A stretch of DNA of 64,000 nt from Candidatus Parcubacteria bacterium (GTDB lineage Bacteria > Patescibacteriota > Patescibacteriia > Patescibacteriales > UBA12075), in assembly GCA_002869165.1 (NCBI GenBank), contig PKTK01000001.1, positions 29,006 through 93,005 of the forward strand, given 5' to 3'. This document shows, piece after piece, positions 9,827 to 19,784 of the stretch (position 1 is its first letter; each line of letters starts with the position of its first letter). The notes beneath the pieces are model-generated. The model worked only from the letters and a program-made list of their open reading frames with translations, made no database searches and was not told the DNA's origin. The position numbers were made by a program, and so were the translations under genes.

Positions 9827-12799
9827 ATGTGTTTCCAAAAAATTAAAATATTATTTTACCTCATGGCTCTTTTTGTTTATTCTTTTGCTTATCCGGGCTT
9901 AGTAATTGCCCAGGAAGTCGAAGAACCACAAGCAGAAATAACTGTAGTAGAAACCGGTGATATTGAAGCTAATGTAGACAATGTGAATAATGTAAATGAG
10001 AACGACACTGAAGAAACATCAGGCACAGGAGGTGATCAAAATTTGGGAACAATGAATCAAAACGACTCAGATATTGAAAATAATACATCAGGTGATCTGG
10101 AAAGTGGAGAGAATGAAATTAATAATTCTGATGGCGCTAGTTTGATTGATACAGGAGATGTACAAGCAGATGTATTAACTGAAAATCAGACTAATGCAAA
10201 TTTTGTTGATTCAAGTTGTGGTGATGATTGCCCAGCTACTAGCAGTGATGAAGTACTTAAAGAGGGCACTACTTCGTCTTCTGAGAATGCCATCGATCAA
10301 GCTTCTACAACTGTAAATAATTTAAATAATGCTATCACATCCAATGATGTGGATTTGTCATTGGGTAGTGGCGATAATTCAATAAACGGAGGAGAAGATG
10401 CAACGATTGTAACTGGTGATGTGGGGATAATCAATATAATCATTAATTATATAAATACTAATTTTTTTGGAACAGGCAAGGAATATTTTATAAATGTTTT
10501 TAATTCAGTAGCAGGATCAATTGACTTGAGTGCATTTGGAATTGGTGAAGAGGAAGGTGATGAATGTAGTGGTGAAAACTGTACTTTGAATGTAAACAAT
10601 GATAACGATGCTACTATAGATAATAACATCGTAATTGATGTAAAGACTGGTGCTAATATGATTTCCTCAACCAGTGGAGAAGCCTATATTGAAACTGGCG
10701 ATATAAATGTGGTAAATGATGTTCTAAATATTGCCAATCTAAATGTAACTGGTGATGATTGGTTTTTTGCAGTGGTTAATATTTTTGGTGAACTTGAAGG
10801 CGATATTATTTTGCCAGCAGTTTCTGAGGATGAAGAAGTAGCAAGCACTGAAAATGTTTTGGAGGAAGCTGTAAAAAATGCCAGCACAACAGACAAACAA
10901 TTCGTAGTAGCAAATGAGAATGCAGCCAATGTTTTAAATAATATTGTTATAAACACTGAAACTGGTTCAAATACTCTAGCTAGTGCAACAGAAAGTGTGA
11001 TAGTGACCGGAGATACAGAAATAAATAATAATCTATTCAATCTAATAAATTACAATATTACAGGTAATTCCTGGAAGTTTGCGCGGGTAAATGTCTTTGG
11101 TAATTGGGAGGGCTTCATACAGGGATTACCTGATACTTATTCTTATATTGAAGATGAAAATGGAATTACGATCTATAATAGTTTTTTGGATGACTTTAGC
11201 GTCAGTTCAAAAGACTATGTTCGTTTTATAGTAGGAAATAACAATGAAGCTACGACCACAAATAATATTGAAATTAATGCAACAACAGGGGAGAATTCTA
11301 TTTTGGATAATATGGGTATATCAGCAATTGTAAGTGGAGGCATTAGCATTGCCAATAATTTACTTAATTTTATCAATTCTAATTTTTCTGGTGAGAACTG
11401 GGAATTTTCCATGGTAAATGTTTTTGGAGATTGGCAGGGTAATCTTTCTTTTGGACAACCTGATTTATGGATAGTTGAATCGATTGATAAAACAACTGCA
11501 GTAGCGGGAGATTATGTGACTTATACTTTTTTGTTTGGAAACAAAGGAGATGCTACTGCCCACGATGTGGAATTGAATGATTTTATAAATGACGCTTTTA
11601 TAAATATTATTGGTTCTCAAACTGAGGATTATGAAAATGGCGTCTTGAGTTTGCCACTCGGTGATATTCCGCCAAATACTCAAGGGTCGATGTCATATAC
11701 TGTGCAGGTAAAGCCAAGTTTATCTTCGGCAGAGGAGACAGTTGTCAATGAAGTTTATATAAACGGAATTGATAACGAAAGAGATTACACTAACAATAGA
11801 AGTGGTGTGCAATTCTTGGCAACCTCACTTAGTGCTAGTGAGGCAGGCGCCAGTAGCGCTAGCAGCGGAGGATCGGGCAATAGAGCAGTATTTCATCCAA
11901 ATTTTTCAATAATTAAAAGCAATAATTCAAGTAGTGAAGTAAAACCAGGTGATACAGTTGATTTTAAGATAGTTATTCAAAATATCGGTAATGAAGATGC
12001 CTTTGATGTGTTAGTTTTGGATGTTTTGAAACGAAAGGATACTGAAGAAGAAATTAGTAGTAAGGTTTGGGATTTAAATACTGTTCAAGATAGAGAGGAA
12101 ATTGTAATTGAATATTCCCTTGAGATCAAAGAAGATCTAAGTAGTGGAGTTTATGTAAATGAAGTTATGGTAGAAGGTTGGGATGATGCTTCAAAAATAT
12201 GGATTACAGCGGTAGCTTCATCAAAGATAAAAGTTGATAATGATAGTAGTGAGCCAGTGGTCTTGGGAGTCGAGGGTAAAGCTGACCTAAGCGCTAGAAA
12301 AATTTGGCCAAATGATTCATTTCGTCCAGGGGACGAGTTCGATTATAGCGTGATAGTTAAGAATAATGGAAATATTGATGCTGTTGATGTTCAATTAACT
12401 GAGATTTTACCTGATGATATTAAATTTGTAGATTTTGGCTCAAGTGAGCAGACTTTGTATCTTGGGAATTTAGGTCCAGGCATAGAAACATCCGTAGTCT
12501 TAAAAGCCAAGGTTTTAGATTATGCAAATACTGGAGAATATGAATCGGATAGCTTTATTAGATCATATAATGACAAAGAAATAAAAATTGTCGAGAGTCT
12601 AATTATTGAAGAGATTTTGGCAGATGTAGAAGTTGCAGAAATCACCGAATATTCCAGTGATGAATTATTGAGCCCAACGGGCTTTTCTATTAAAGAGTTT
12701 GTGCTATTGATAAGTTTGTTTATAGCTTTGTATTTCTTCTCTTATAAATTAAAACAAAAGTACTTACTCAGAAAAAATGAATTTATTATAAGGCCTTGA
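9827..12799 (+). CDS. 990-aa cell-surface protein with beta-helix-like repeats, DUF11-type repeats and a C-terminal sortase-type sorting signal
   Basis: Signal peptide. Repeats NNIVIxxxTGxN...TGDxxxxNxxxNxxNxNxTGxxWxFxxVNxFGxWxG. DUF11-like GDxVxYxxxxxNxGxxxAxDV seen three times. C-terminal LSPTG, then a hydrophobic helix, then a KLKQKYLLRK tail. Confidence 0.8.
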   Translation: MCFQKIKILFYLMALFVYSFAYPGLVIAQEVEEPQAEITVVETGDIEANVDNVNNVNENDTEETSGTGGDQNLGTMNQNDSDIENNTSGDLESGENEINNSDGASLIDTGDVQADVLTENQTNANFVDSSCGDDCPATSSDEVLKEGTTSSSENAIDQASTTVNNLNNAITSNDVDLSLGSGDNSINGGEDATIVTGDVGIINIIINYINTNFFGTGKEYFINVFNSVAGSIDLSAFGIGEEEGDECSGENCTLNVNNDNDATIDNNIVIDVKTGANMISSTSGEAYIETGDINVVNDVLNIANLNVTGDDWFFAVVNIFGELEGDIILPAVSEDEEVASTENVLEEAVKNASTTDKQFVVANENAANVLNNIVINTETGSNTLASATESVIVTGDTEINNNLFNLINYNITGNSWKFARVNVFGNWEGFIQGLPDTYSYIEDENGITIYNSFLDDFSVSSKDYVRFIVGNNNEATTTNNIEINATTGENSILDNMGISAIVSGGISIANNLLNFINSNFSGENWEFSMVNVFGDWQGNLSFGQPDLWIVESIDKTTAVAGDYVTYTFLFGNKGDATAHDVELNDFINDAFINIIGSQTEDYENGVLSLPLGDIPPNTQGSMSYTVQVKPSLSSAEETVVNEVYINGIDNERDYTNNRSGVQFLATSLSASEAGASSASSGGSGNRAVFHPNFSIIKSNNSSSEVKPGDTVDFKIVIQNIGNEDAFDVLVLDVLKRKDTEEEISSKVWDLNTVQDREEIVIEYSLEIKEDLSSGVYVNEVMVEGWDDASKIWITAVASSKIKVDNDSSEPVVLGVEGKADLSARKIWPNDSFRPGDEFDYSVIVKNNGNIDAVDVQLTEILPDDIKFVDFGSSEQTLYLGNLGPGIETSVVLKAKVLDYANTGEYESDSFIRSYNDKEIKIVESLIIEEILADVEVAEITEYSSDELLSPTGFSIKEFVLLISLFIALYFFSYKLKQKYLLRKNEFIIRP

Positions 12800-12825
12800 C
12801 ACCCTATGGGGGTGTATGATATATT
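12796..12825 (+). promoter_or_regulatory. Promoter with embedded GC palindrome (operator candidate) upstream of the peroxiredoxin gene
   Basis: TTGACAcccTATGGgggtgtaTGaTATATT. The ACACCC/GGGTGT inverted repeat lies between the -35 and the extended -10. Confidence 0.6.
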
Positions 12826-12867
12826 GTTATTAAATTAATATTTATTAACAATTAGATTTATAAATTT

Positions 12868-13524
12868 ATGGAAAATGAAACAAGACAAGGTTTACCACTT
12901 TTAGGAGAAGCAATTCCCGAAATGGAAGTGGTAACAACTCATGGCGTAAAAAATATCCCAGGAGATTATAAGGGGAAATGGTTGGTTCTATTTTCTCATC
13001 CAGCTGATTTTACTCCAGTTTGTACAACAGAGTTCGTGGCCTTTAACAGGCGTTATGATGAATTTCAAAAATTAAACACAGAGTTATTGGGCTTATCAAT
13101 TGACCAAGTATTTTCACACATTAAATGGACTCAGTGGATAAAAGACAATCTAGATGAAGAAATAAAGTTTCCAATAATAGCCGATGATATGGGAAATGTT
13201 GCCAAACAATTAGGAATGGTACATCCTGGCAAGGGGACCAATACGGTTAGAGCTGTATTTATCATCGATGCTAAGGGATTACTTAGAACAGTGATGTATT
13301 ATCCTCAAGAAATTGGAAGAAATATGGATGAAATCCTAAGAGCAATCAAAGCCTTGCAATTATCTGATGAAAAAGGAGTAGCGGTCCCAGCTGGTTGGCC
13401 AAACAACGAACTTATTAGTGACGAAGTAATTATACCGCCAGCCAAGACCGAAGAAGATGCTGAAAAAAGAAAAGGGCAAGATGGCTGTTATGATTGGTGG
13501 TTTTGTCACAAAAAAGCCGATTAG
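12868..13524 (+). CDS. Peroxiredoxin (1-Cys/Prx6-like)
   Basis: [14 protein letters not shown] active-site motif and typical length (218 aa). Confidence 0.9.
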   Translation: MENETRQGLPLLGEAIPEMEVVTTHGVKNIPGDYKGKWLVLFSHPADFTPVCTTEFVAFNRRYDEFQKLNTELLGLSIDQVFSHIKWTQWIKDNLDEEIKFPIIADDMGNVAKQLGMVHPGKGTNTVRAVFIIDAKGLLRTVMYYPQEIGRNMDEILRAIKALQLSDEKGVAVPAGWPNNELISDEVIIPPAKTEEDAEKRKGQDGCYDWWFCHKKAD

Positions 13525-13570
13525 TTTTTTAGAATTAAGAATTATGAATTAAGATTTAAGAATAATAAAA

Positions 13571-13597
13571 GAAGAGCACAATGCTCTTCTTTTTTTA
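13571..13597 (+). terminator. Intrinsic terminator after the peroxiredoxin gene
   Basis: gaagagc / gctcttc stem plus a T-run. Confidence 0.8.
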
Positions 13598-13610
13598 TAT
13601 TTCGTCTTTT

Positions 13611-13737
13611 TGTCATTCCCGCTCCTCCTCTGTCATTCCCGCCTGTCCCGTCTTCTTGCGGGGGCGAGCGAAGCGAGAGAAGGGAATCTCGTGAGTACTA
13701 GAAAAACATGAGATTTCTGCTTTCGCAGGAATGACAG
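13611..13737. repeat. GC-rich palindromic (MITE/REP-like) element, tgtcattcc(c/t)gc family
   Basis: tgtcattcccgc occurs twice in forward orientation, and gcaggaatgaca in inverted orientation at 13725-13736. Related copies at 52996-53025 and 60542-60619. Confidence 0.6.
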
Positions 13738-13795
13738 AAATGTATTTAATAATAGTGAAAAATAGTCAAATGTGCAGACTAAAACAACATAGTTC

Positions 13796-13825
13796 TTGAC
13801 ACCCCCAGGGGGTGTATGATAAAAT
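13796..13825 (+). promoter_or_regulatory. Second copy of the promoter/operator upstream of the membrane transporter
   Basis: TTGACAcccccAgggggtgtaTGaTAAAAT, with perfect 8-bp arms ACACCCCC/GGGGGTGT. Confidence 0.6.
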
Positions 13826-13894
13826 GGTTGTTAGTTAATAAATAATATTAATATATATTTAAATATATATTTAAATATATATTTTTTAAAAAAA

Positions 13895-15061
13895 ATGAGA
13901 AAAGAAATGCTGAAAAAATTCAGCCCACTTATTTGGCTATCTTCTCTGGGAGCAGGAGGTATCTCTGTGATATTCTTTGCTTTTTTAAATTACACCATTC
14001 CTCATGGAAAGGGACTTATTAATATCAGTCAGATTCACTCTGCTTATAGCGGTTTAGCCCTGGCTGGTTTTATGTTTTTAGAGGCCTTGATGGTTGTTTT
14101 TATTTTGCTTCACTTTGCTTTAACTTTGCAGTTAATCCCAAAGCTATTAGCTTGGATAAAAACTCCTTATTATAAAGAATTACTTGACAATCCATTAGCA
14201 AATGCAGCGATTTTAGCTCCATTTATTTCTATAACAATGAGTATGAATGTTTTGATTGGTCCTATTAGATATTTATTTGTTCCTTTAGCTGAAAATTTGC
14301 AGTCCATGATGTTGCCAGGATTTTTGGTCTGGTCTTTGATTTGGATTGCTTTAATGCGTATGGAAATTAAACTACTAAAGATATCTTTTGAAAAAGGTTT
14401 TGACGTTGACAAGGTTAATTTTGGTTGGTTGCTTCACCCCTTTGCTTTAGGAATGCTTTCTGTGACTGGTGCTGGCATTGCAGCAATGGCAAGTAATATT
14501 GTTTTAGCCAATACAGCCTTTTTCATGTTGCTTGTATCTGGTTCAATGGGTTTATTTTTATTGTTAGTTAAATCTGTTGCAATATTCAAAAGCCACTTTG
14601 CTAGCGATGGTTTGCCTGCCAAGCAGTTTTTACCATCACTTTTAATAATTGTGCCCAACATAACATTGTATGCAATTACTTTTTTTAGAGTAGGGCATTT
14701 TCTTGAACACCACCATGGTGCACAGCTTGGCTCTTATTTTTTTGTAGTGATGACTTTGGCTTTTGCCTTTGAGACCTGGTATTTGATGTTTGGTTTAGCT
14801 TTGTTAAAGGATTATTTTACAACTCATATGAAAACAGAATATCATGTTTCACAGTGGGGACTAGTTTGCCCATTTGTGGCATACGCTGTTCTTGGATCAT
14901 TTGTGTATAATTTATTTTTGCCTTATACTTTATTTTTCTGGTTTATTTTAGCTGTAACTGCTTTTACAATTTCTCTATTTTTCTTTATTTTGTTCAAGCA
15001 ATATTTATGTCTAAAAAGTGCAAAGAGCTCAGCAAATGAACCAAAGTTAATGTGCGCATAG
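13895..15061 (+). CDS. Polytopic membrane transporter, possibly TDT/TehA-SLAC1-like
   Basis: About 10 predicted TM helices. N-terminal LGAGGISV-type motif. Family assignment is tentative. Confidence 0.4.
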   Translation: MRKEMLKKFSPLIWLSSLGAGGISVIFFAFLNYTIPHGKGLINISQIHSAYSGLALAGFMFLEALMVVFILLHFALTLQLIPKLLAWIKTPYYKELLDNPLANAAILAPFISITMSMNVLIGPIRYLFVPLAENLQSMMLPGFLVWSLIWIALMRMEIKLLKISFEKGFDVDKVNFGWLLHPFALGMLSVTGAGIAAMASNIVLANTAFFMLLVSGSMGLFLLLVKSVAIFKSHFASDGLPAKQFLPSLLIIVPNITLYAITFFRVGHFLEHHHGAQLGSYFFVVMTLAFAFETWYLMFGLALLKDYFTTHMKTEYHVSQWGLVCPFVAYAVLGSFVYNLFLPYTLFFWFILAVTAFTISLFFFILFKQYLCLKSAKSSANEPKLMCA

Positions 15062-15151
15062 AGTTTTAATGCCAATTTTTAAAAAGAATATATCACAGTT
15101 ATATATTCTTTTTTTATATGTTTAGACTCTTAATTATGATATAATTTATTT

Positions 15152-15739
15152 ATGATAGATAAATATTTCACAAGTAATAAAGAATGGAGTGATATTACCA
15201 TTAATAATGGTGGGCTTAAAGATAAAAAAATCAAAAACCTTAAATTTTATAATTCAAAGTTAAGCGCTTTGTCTTTGAATGGCTTGGAGTTGATAGATTT
15301 TGAATTTCTTGGATCAAAAATTGATAAATTGGATTTTTCAAACACTTCTTTGGAAAAAGCCTATTTGAAAAATTCTCTTTTTGAGAATTCCAAGGCCACT
15401 GGTTTGAATTTGGCAGAATCAGAAATGAAAGGTTTAGAAATTAATAATTGCAAAATTGATTTAGCTAATTTTAGATATGCAAATTTTGATGATGTAGTTT
15501 TTGATAATTGTATATTGATTGGGAGTGATTTTCAGGCTGCTAATCTTAAAAATGTAGTTTTTAGAAGTTGCAATTTGAGTGATGTGGATTTTTCTCAGGC
15601 AATAATGAAAAAAGTAGATATTAGGCATTCTCTTATTTTGGGTATGAAAATAGCCCCAGAGAATTTTAGGGAATTAACCGTTGATCCAAATCAAGCAGGT
15701 ATTTTAGCATCTGTGATGGGGTTAAATGTAAAAAATTAA
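15152..15739 (+). CDS. Pentapeptide-repeat protein
   Basis: Runs of A(D/N)Lxx pentapeptides, e.g. ANLKNVVFRSCNLSDVDFSQA. Confidence 0.8.
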   Translation: MIDKYFTSNKEWSDITINNGGLKDKKIKNLKFYNSKLSALSLNGLELIDFEFLGSKIDKLDFSNTSLEKAYLKNSLFENSKATGLNLAESEMKGLEINNCKIDLANFRYANFDDVVFDNCILIGSDFQAANLKNVVFRSCNLSDVDFSQAIMKKVDIRHSLILGMKIAPENFRELTVDPNQAGILASVMGLNVKN

Positions 15740-15886
15740 ATAATATTAGCAAAATATTTATTATATAGTATTTTTTTTATTATGCTTGACTTCTAGTGTA
15801 AAATATATTACTATATCTATGTAAATATTATTAAATATAAGGCGATTTTTAACAGACAAAAGGTCTGTTTTTCGTTATTACATTGT

Positions 15887-16042
15887 ATGTCACAAGATAA
15901 CATGATAAAATTAGAGTGTACAGAATGTAAAAGAGTGAACTATTTTTCAAGAAAGAATAAGAAAACCTTGAAAGAAAGACTTAACATGAAGAAACACTGT
16001 AAATTCTGTAATAAACACACTGATCATAAAGAGACTAAATAA
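15887..16042 (+). CDS. rpmG: 50S ribosomal protein L33 (below the ORF-track size cutoff)
   Basis: [51 protein letters not shown]. Two CxxC pairs and the L33 signature. The start could instead be at 15902. Confidence 0.85.
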   Translation: MSQDNMIKLECTECKRVNYFSRKNKKTLKERLNMKKHCKFCNKHTDHKETK

Positions 16043-16083
16043 TTCTTTAGTTTTTGTTGTCTCTTTAGAGATAGCAATATATT

Positions 16084-16470
16084 ATGGCCAATAATAATAA
16101 AACAAGATACATATTCCTTATTTTAGTTTCTTGTTTTTTAATTTCAGGATGTGTGAGTTTAAAAGATATAGATTCCCAAATTGGTAAGGTGATTGAATAT
16201 ACCGAGCCAGAAGGGGTGGTGACTAAAGACAAACAAGACGGCTCTAGTGAAGTTATTGAATTAGTTGATCCTCAATCTTTGAGCAAAGAGGCCAAAGAAA
16301 AAATTGATGTTTGGTTAAATGATAATGGCTATAATAGATACGGAGACCCTGTAGATACTTTTTATACAGGTGGAACCCCATTGTTTGATGAAGCAAGTGG
16401 AGAGGCAATTGAAAGGTTTGAGTACATTATTAAGAAACATCCTGACATAATGGATAAAATAAATAAATAA
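16084..16470 (+). CDS. Lipoprotein, hypothetical
   Basis: Lipobox LISGC after a hydrophobic N-terminus. Confidence 0.6.
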   Translation: MANNNKTRYIFLILVSCFLISGCVSLKDIDSQIGKVIEYTEPEGVVTKDKQDGSSEVIELVDPQSLSKEAKEKIDVWLNDNGYNRYGDPVDTFYTGGTPLFDEASGEAIERFEYIIKKHPDIMDKINK

Positions 16471-16471
16471 T

Positions 16472-17554
16472 ATGGCTAATAAAAATATACTTTCTAGAGT
16501 TTTTTTACTAGGAGTCTTGGCTCTTGTCTTGTTTGCATGTTTTTCTATTTTTAAATCTTTTATTGGAGAATTTTTGATAGCAACTATTTTGGTAACAACT
16601 TTTTATGGTTTTTATGAAAAGGTTGTGAAATTATTTAGAGGCAAGAGAATGTTAGCTTCATTGGCGGTTTGTCTATTGATCATTATTTTGATTATTGGTC
16701 CTCTTGCTAATATGGTTGCTTATTCAGCTCAGAGGTTGGTCAATGCCTATAGTAAGACGGAGATTTATTTCAATCATGATAATTTGGAAATGATGGTAGA
16801 GAAAATGGTTGAGAGTCCGATTTTAGCAAATGTATTGTTTTTTATAGACAATAAAAATGAAATGAAAATTTATCTTCTTGATAAGATTGATATTTTGAGA
16901 GATTGGTTACTTAGTGGAGCTATGAATGATGTGTTGATTGCTAATTCAACAAGCATTTTAGCAGGAACAGCGAATACTTTAGCTTCGGTTGTGATAGTGA
17001 TATTTTGTATGTTCTTTTTCTTTATTGATGGAGAAAAAATGCTTGATAAAATAAAATATTGGACACCTTTACCAAATAAATACGACAAAGCATTATTTCA
17101 AAAATTCAGAGATGTGAGCTATTCAACATTGTTTGCTACTTTTGTTACAGGTATTGCTCAGGGTGTAATTGGTGCTATTGGATTTTTAATAGTTGGTTTT
17201 CCAATATTTTTCGCTTCCATCGCCATGGCTTTTGCTTCCATTATTCCATATGTAGGTACAGCTTTGGTCTGGGTTCCAGTTTCCATATTTTTACTTGTTA
17301 CTGGTCAGATTTGGCAAGGAGTATTTATGCTTATTTGGGGAACGGTGGTAATTGGAAATTCTGATAATATCTTACGAGCATATCTCATAAAAGATAAAGC
17401 TGAAGTTCATCCATTATTCGTTTTTTTCTCAATTATCGGCGGTTTGAGCTTGTTCGGTTTTTGGGGAATTGTCTATGGACCACTCATAATTTCTTTAGCA
17501 GTAACAGTAATGCATATTTACGAACTTGAGTATAAAGATGTACTAGAGAAGTAA
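16472..17554 (+). CDS. AI-2E family (PerM/UPF0118) transporter
   Basis: Eight-TM pattern, with the conserved IPYVGTALVWVP and DNILRAYL regions. Confidence 0.8.
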   Translation: MANKNILSRVFLLGVLALVLFACFSIFKSFIGEFLIATILVTTFYGFYEKVVKLFRGKRMLASLAVCLLIIILIIGPLANMVAYSAQRLVNAYSKTEIYFNHDNLEMMVEKMVESPILANVLFFIDNKNEMKIYLLDKIDILRDWLLSGAMNDVLIANSTSILAGTANTLASVVIVIFCMFFFFIDGEKMLDKIKYWTPLPNKYDKALFQKFRDVSYSTLFATFVTGIAQGVIGAIGFLIVGFPIFFASIAMAFASIIPYVGTALVWVPVSIFLLVTGQIWQGVFMLIWGTVVIGNSDNILRAYLIKDKAEVHPLFVFFSIIGGLSLFGFWGIVYGPLIISLAVTVMHIYELEYKDVLEK

Positions 17555-17620
17555 GCTTTTATTATTCATCGGAAGCAGGAAAATAGAAAGAGTGTATTAA
17601 ATAATCAAATATTTAAATAA

Positions 17621-17692
17621 GCGGGCGTGGTGTCAACGGTAGCACAGGGGTCTCCAAAACCTCTTGTCTGGGTTCGAATCCTAGCGCCCGTG
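17621..17692 (+). tRNA. trnW: tRNA-Trp (anticodon CCA)
   Basis: Cloverleaf folded by hand: acceptor GCGGGCG/CGCCCGT, anticodon stem GGGGT/ACCTC, loop CTCCAAA, T-arm CTGGG-TTCGAAT-CCTAG, discriminator G. CCA is not encoded. Confidence 0.85.
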
Positions 17693-17862
17693 CAAAATAA
17701 ATAAACATCCTAATTTAAGGATGTTTATTTATTTTATTCGAGTCGTTAGTGTGAGAATCCATAAGTGGATAGAGTAAATGGTATTTTAAGAAAAGTAGCT
17801 TGGAAGAAAAAGCATTAATTATAAATAAAAACGTATTCGATTGGGGAAACACCCGATAGGTA

Positions 17863-17886
17863 TTCGAATCCTAGCGCCCGTGCAAA
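17863..17886 (+). repeat. Exact 24-nt direct repeat of the tRNA-Trp 3' end (att-type repeat)
   Basis: ttcgaatcctagcgcccgtgcaaa is identical to 17673-17696. It is followed by its own terminator-like hairpin. Confidence 0.85.
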
Positions 17887-17945
17887 TCATAAAATATCGC
17901 TATAATTAGCGATATTTTTAGTTACTATCACCATTGTTCCTAAGT

Positions 17946-17974
17946 TTGACAAGTCGATCGTTTTATGATAAATT
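17946..17974 (+). promoter_or_regulatory. Promoter of the peptide/rSAM cassette
   Basis: TTGACA, 17-nt spacer, then TGaTAAATT. Confidence 0.5.
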
Positions 17975-18130
17975 AAAAAATTATAAATAGATTTTATAAT
18001 ACTAGGTCTTTGAAATTTTAAGTGAAATTAGTGGAAGATAAATTTCGATATTTATCTTTTGTTGTAAAAAACCGTAGAAGGATTATGATGTTTTTCTTCT
18101 ACAAAATACTAATTAAAGGAGGAAGTGGAA

Positions 18131-18223
18131 ATGAAAAAGTTTCGCATTATTAATCGTGGTAATCGTTGCGTTGTTATTCTGACAAAAGAATCGCAGGGCA
18201 CAATGTATTACAGAGGACAGTAA
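18131..18223 (+). CDS. 30-aa candidate RiPP precursor peptide (not in the ORF track)
   Basis: MKKFRIINRGNRCVVILTKESQGTMYYRGQ. Strong RBS aaaggagg 8 nt upstream. An attenuator hairpin follows, then the rSAM gene. Confidence 0.5.
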   Translation: MKKFRIINRGNRCVVILTKESQGTMYYRGQ

Positions 18224-18235
18224 ACCAATAACCGG

Positions 18236-18267
18236 ACGGGGAGAGAATTTTTCTTTCCCCGTTTTTT
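18236..18267 (+). terminator. Hairpin plus T-run between the peptide and the rSAM gene (partial terminator/attenuator)
   Basis: acggggagag / ctttccccgt stem followed by T6. Confidence 0.6.
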
Positions 18268-18285
18268 AAAAGGGGGCACACAATT

Positions 18286-19719
18286 ATGACAACCGTAGCG
18301 TTGACAGAAAAACCATCAATTTATCATCGAGAAGAAGCTTCGGTTGTAATTTTCCCGACACAACCGTATTGGTTTTCAGCAACACAGGAAATTGAACAAA
18401 TTCTTGATGCGTTTAGTCTTAATAAGTCAGAGGAGATTATAAGCAAAATATCGGAAACATTTTGTATAAAGCAGGAAGAGGCAAAGGAAACCTATTTATC
18501 AATTGAAGAATTGTTATATTCTTCGGGAGTTTTAATTAAAAATGGACAAATATTAAAACCTCACGAGTTTTCTCCAGATTTTCAGGTTAATGATGTTGAA
18601 AATGTTATGGTTATAGCAACAACTCAAGAGTGTAACTTGTCTTGTCCGATGTGTTATGCGATGGCAAGTAAGAAAATGTTCAATGAGATGAACACACAAG
18701 AAATCAAAAGCATTGTCGATCAACTTGTTCGCATGCCTTGGGAAAATCGTATTTCTCGTGTCGCCCTGACTGGAGGCGAATTGTTTATGCGCCCCGATGC
18801 GATTGAATTAATTGAATATGTTCATCAGCAAGGTTTTTTTGTTCAAGTCAATACTAACGCTACTACATTGTCCACTAAACAAATCAAGAGATTATCTGCG
18901 CTTCCACAATTAAAAATGTAAGTTTCTTTAGACGGTTGTCAGGCTACTTCTCACGAGTTTATTAGGGGATCTGGTACATTTGGCATAACTATTGATACCA
19001 TTCGTTCGCTTTGCGAACAAGGAGTTTCGGTTGCTATTAACATGTTTGTTCATGCTGGTAATTTGAATGAGATTAAAGAAACTTTGCTACTCGCCGACAA
19101 TCTTGGCGTATCTGGGTTTAATTGTTTGAACATGATGAATGTTGGTCGAGGCAATAGTAAAAAAACAAAAGAAACTCTTGTCGGAGTTTCATTAAAAGAT
19201 TTTTATCGCACAGTTTTTGAAGCGATACGTTATGATGTTCAGTTGCAAAAGTTGATGATCAATTCAACATTTGCAAATCAAATAATGTGCATTGCAGGCG
19301 GAGTAAAGAGTCACAGTTGCGGTATCGGTACAAATCGGGCAGTATACGTAAAAGCTGATGGTACACTTTATCCATGTGCTGACACATCTTTGCCAGCATT
19401 TTGTTTGGGAAATTTGCGAGAAGATAAATTACTTGATATTTGGGATAATTCTACGTTGCTAAAAAATTTGCGGTCTTTGAATATTGATAATTTGAATTCC
19501 AGATGTTCTGCATGTGATGTCCGATATCAGTGTGCAGGCAATTGTCGAGGGGAGAATTACCAAACAACTGGTGATATCCAAAGCCCGCATTTTAAGTGTG
19601 AAGAGATTCATGACTCCATTCTTGAATTAATGTGGATTCTAACGGAGGAACCAGATATTTTTAAGATAAAAGTTGATGAGCTTTATGACAAAGTCAGTAC
19701 TCATGCTTCAATGGCTTAA
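18286..19719 (+). CDS. Radical SAM/SPASM peptide-maturase-like enzyme with N-terminal PqqD/RRE-like domain, interrupted by an in-frame TAA at 18919-18921
   Basis: CNLSCPMCY (CX3CX2C) motif. After the stop the frame continues as VSLDGCQATSHEFIRGSGTF. C-terminal SPASM cysteines CGIGTNRAVYVKADGTLYPC and CSACDVRYQCAGNC. ORFs 18286..18921 and 19042..19719 share one frame. Confidence 0.8.
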
Positions 19720-19746
19720 AAATATATCAAAAATTAAATCAAGTAT

Positions 19747-19784
19747 CCGCTTAGATTGTTTACACAGTCTAAGCGGTTTTTTTT
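19747..19784. terminator. Bidirectional terminator between the convergent rSAM and methyltransferase genes
   Basis: ccgcttaga / tctaagcgg stem followed by T8. Confidence 0.75.

Noticed and set aside
13861-13894. AT-only tandem repeat (atatatatttaaat, about 2.5 copies) just upstream of 13895.
   Set aside because: This is low-complexity AT sequence in a 5' UTR of an AT-rich genome. It has no independent support as a functional element.
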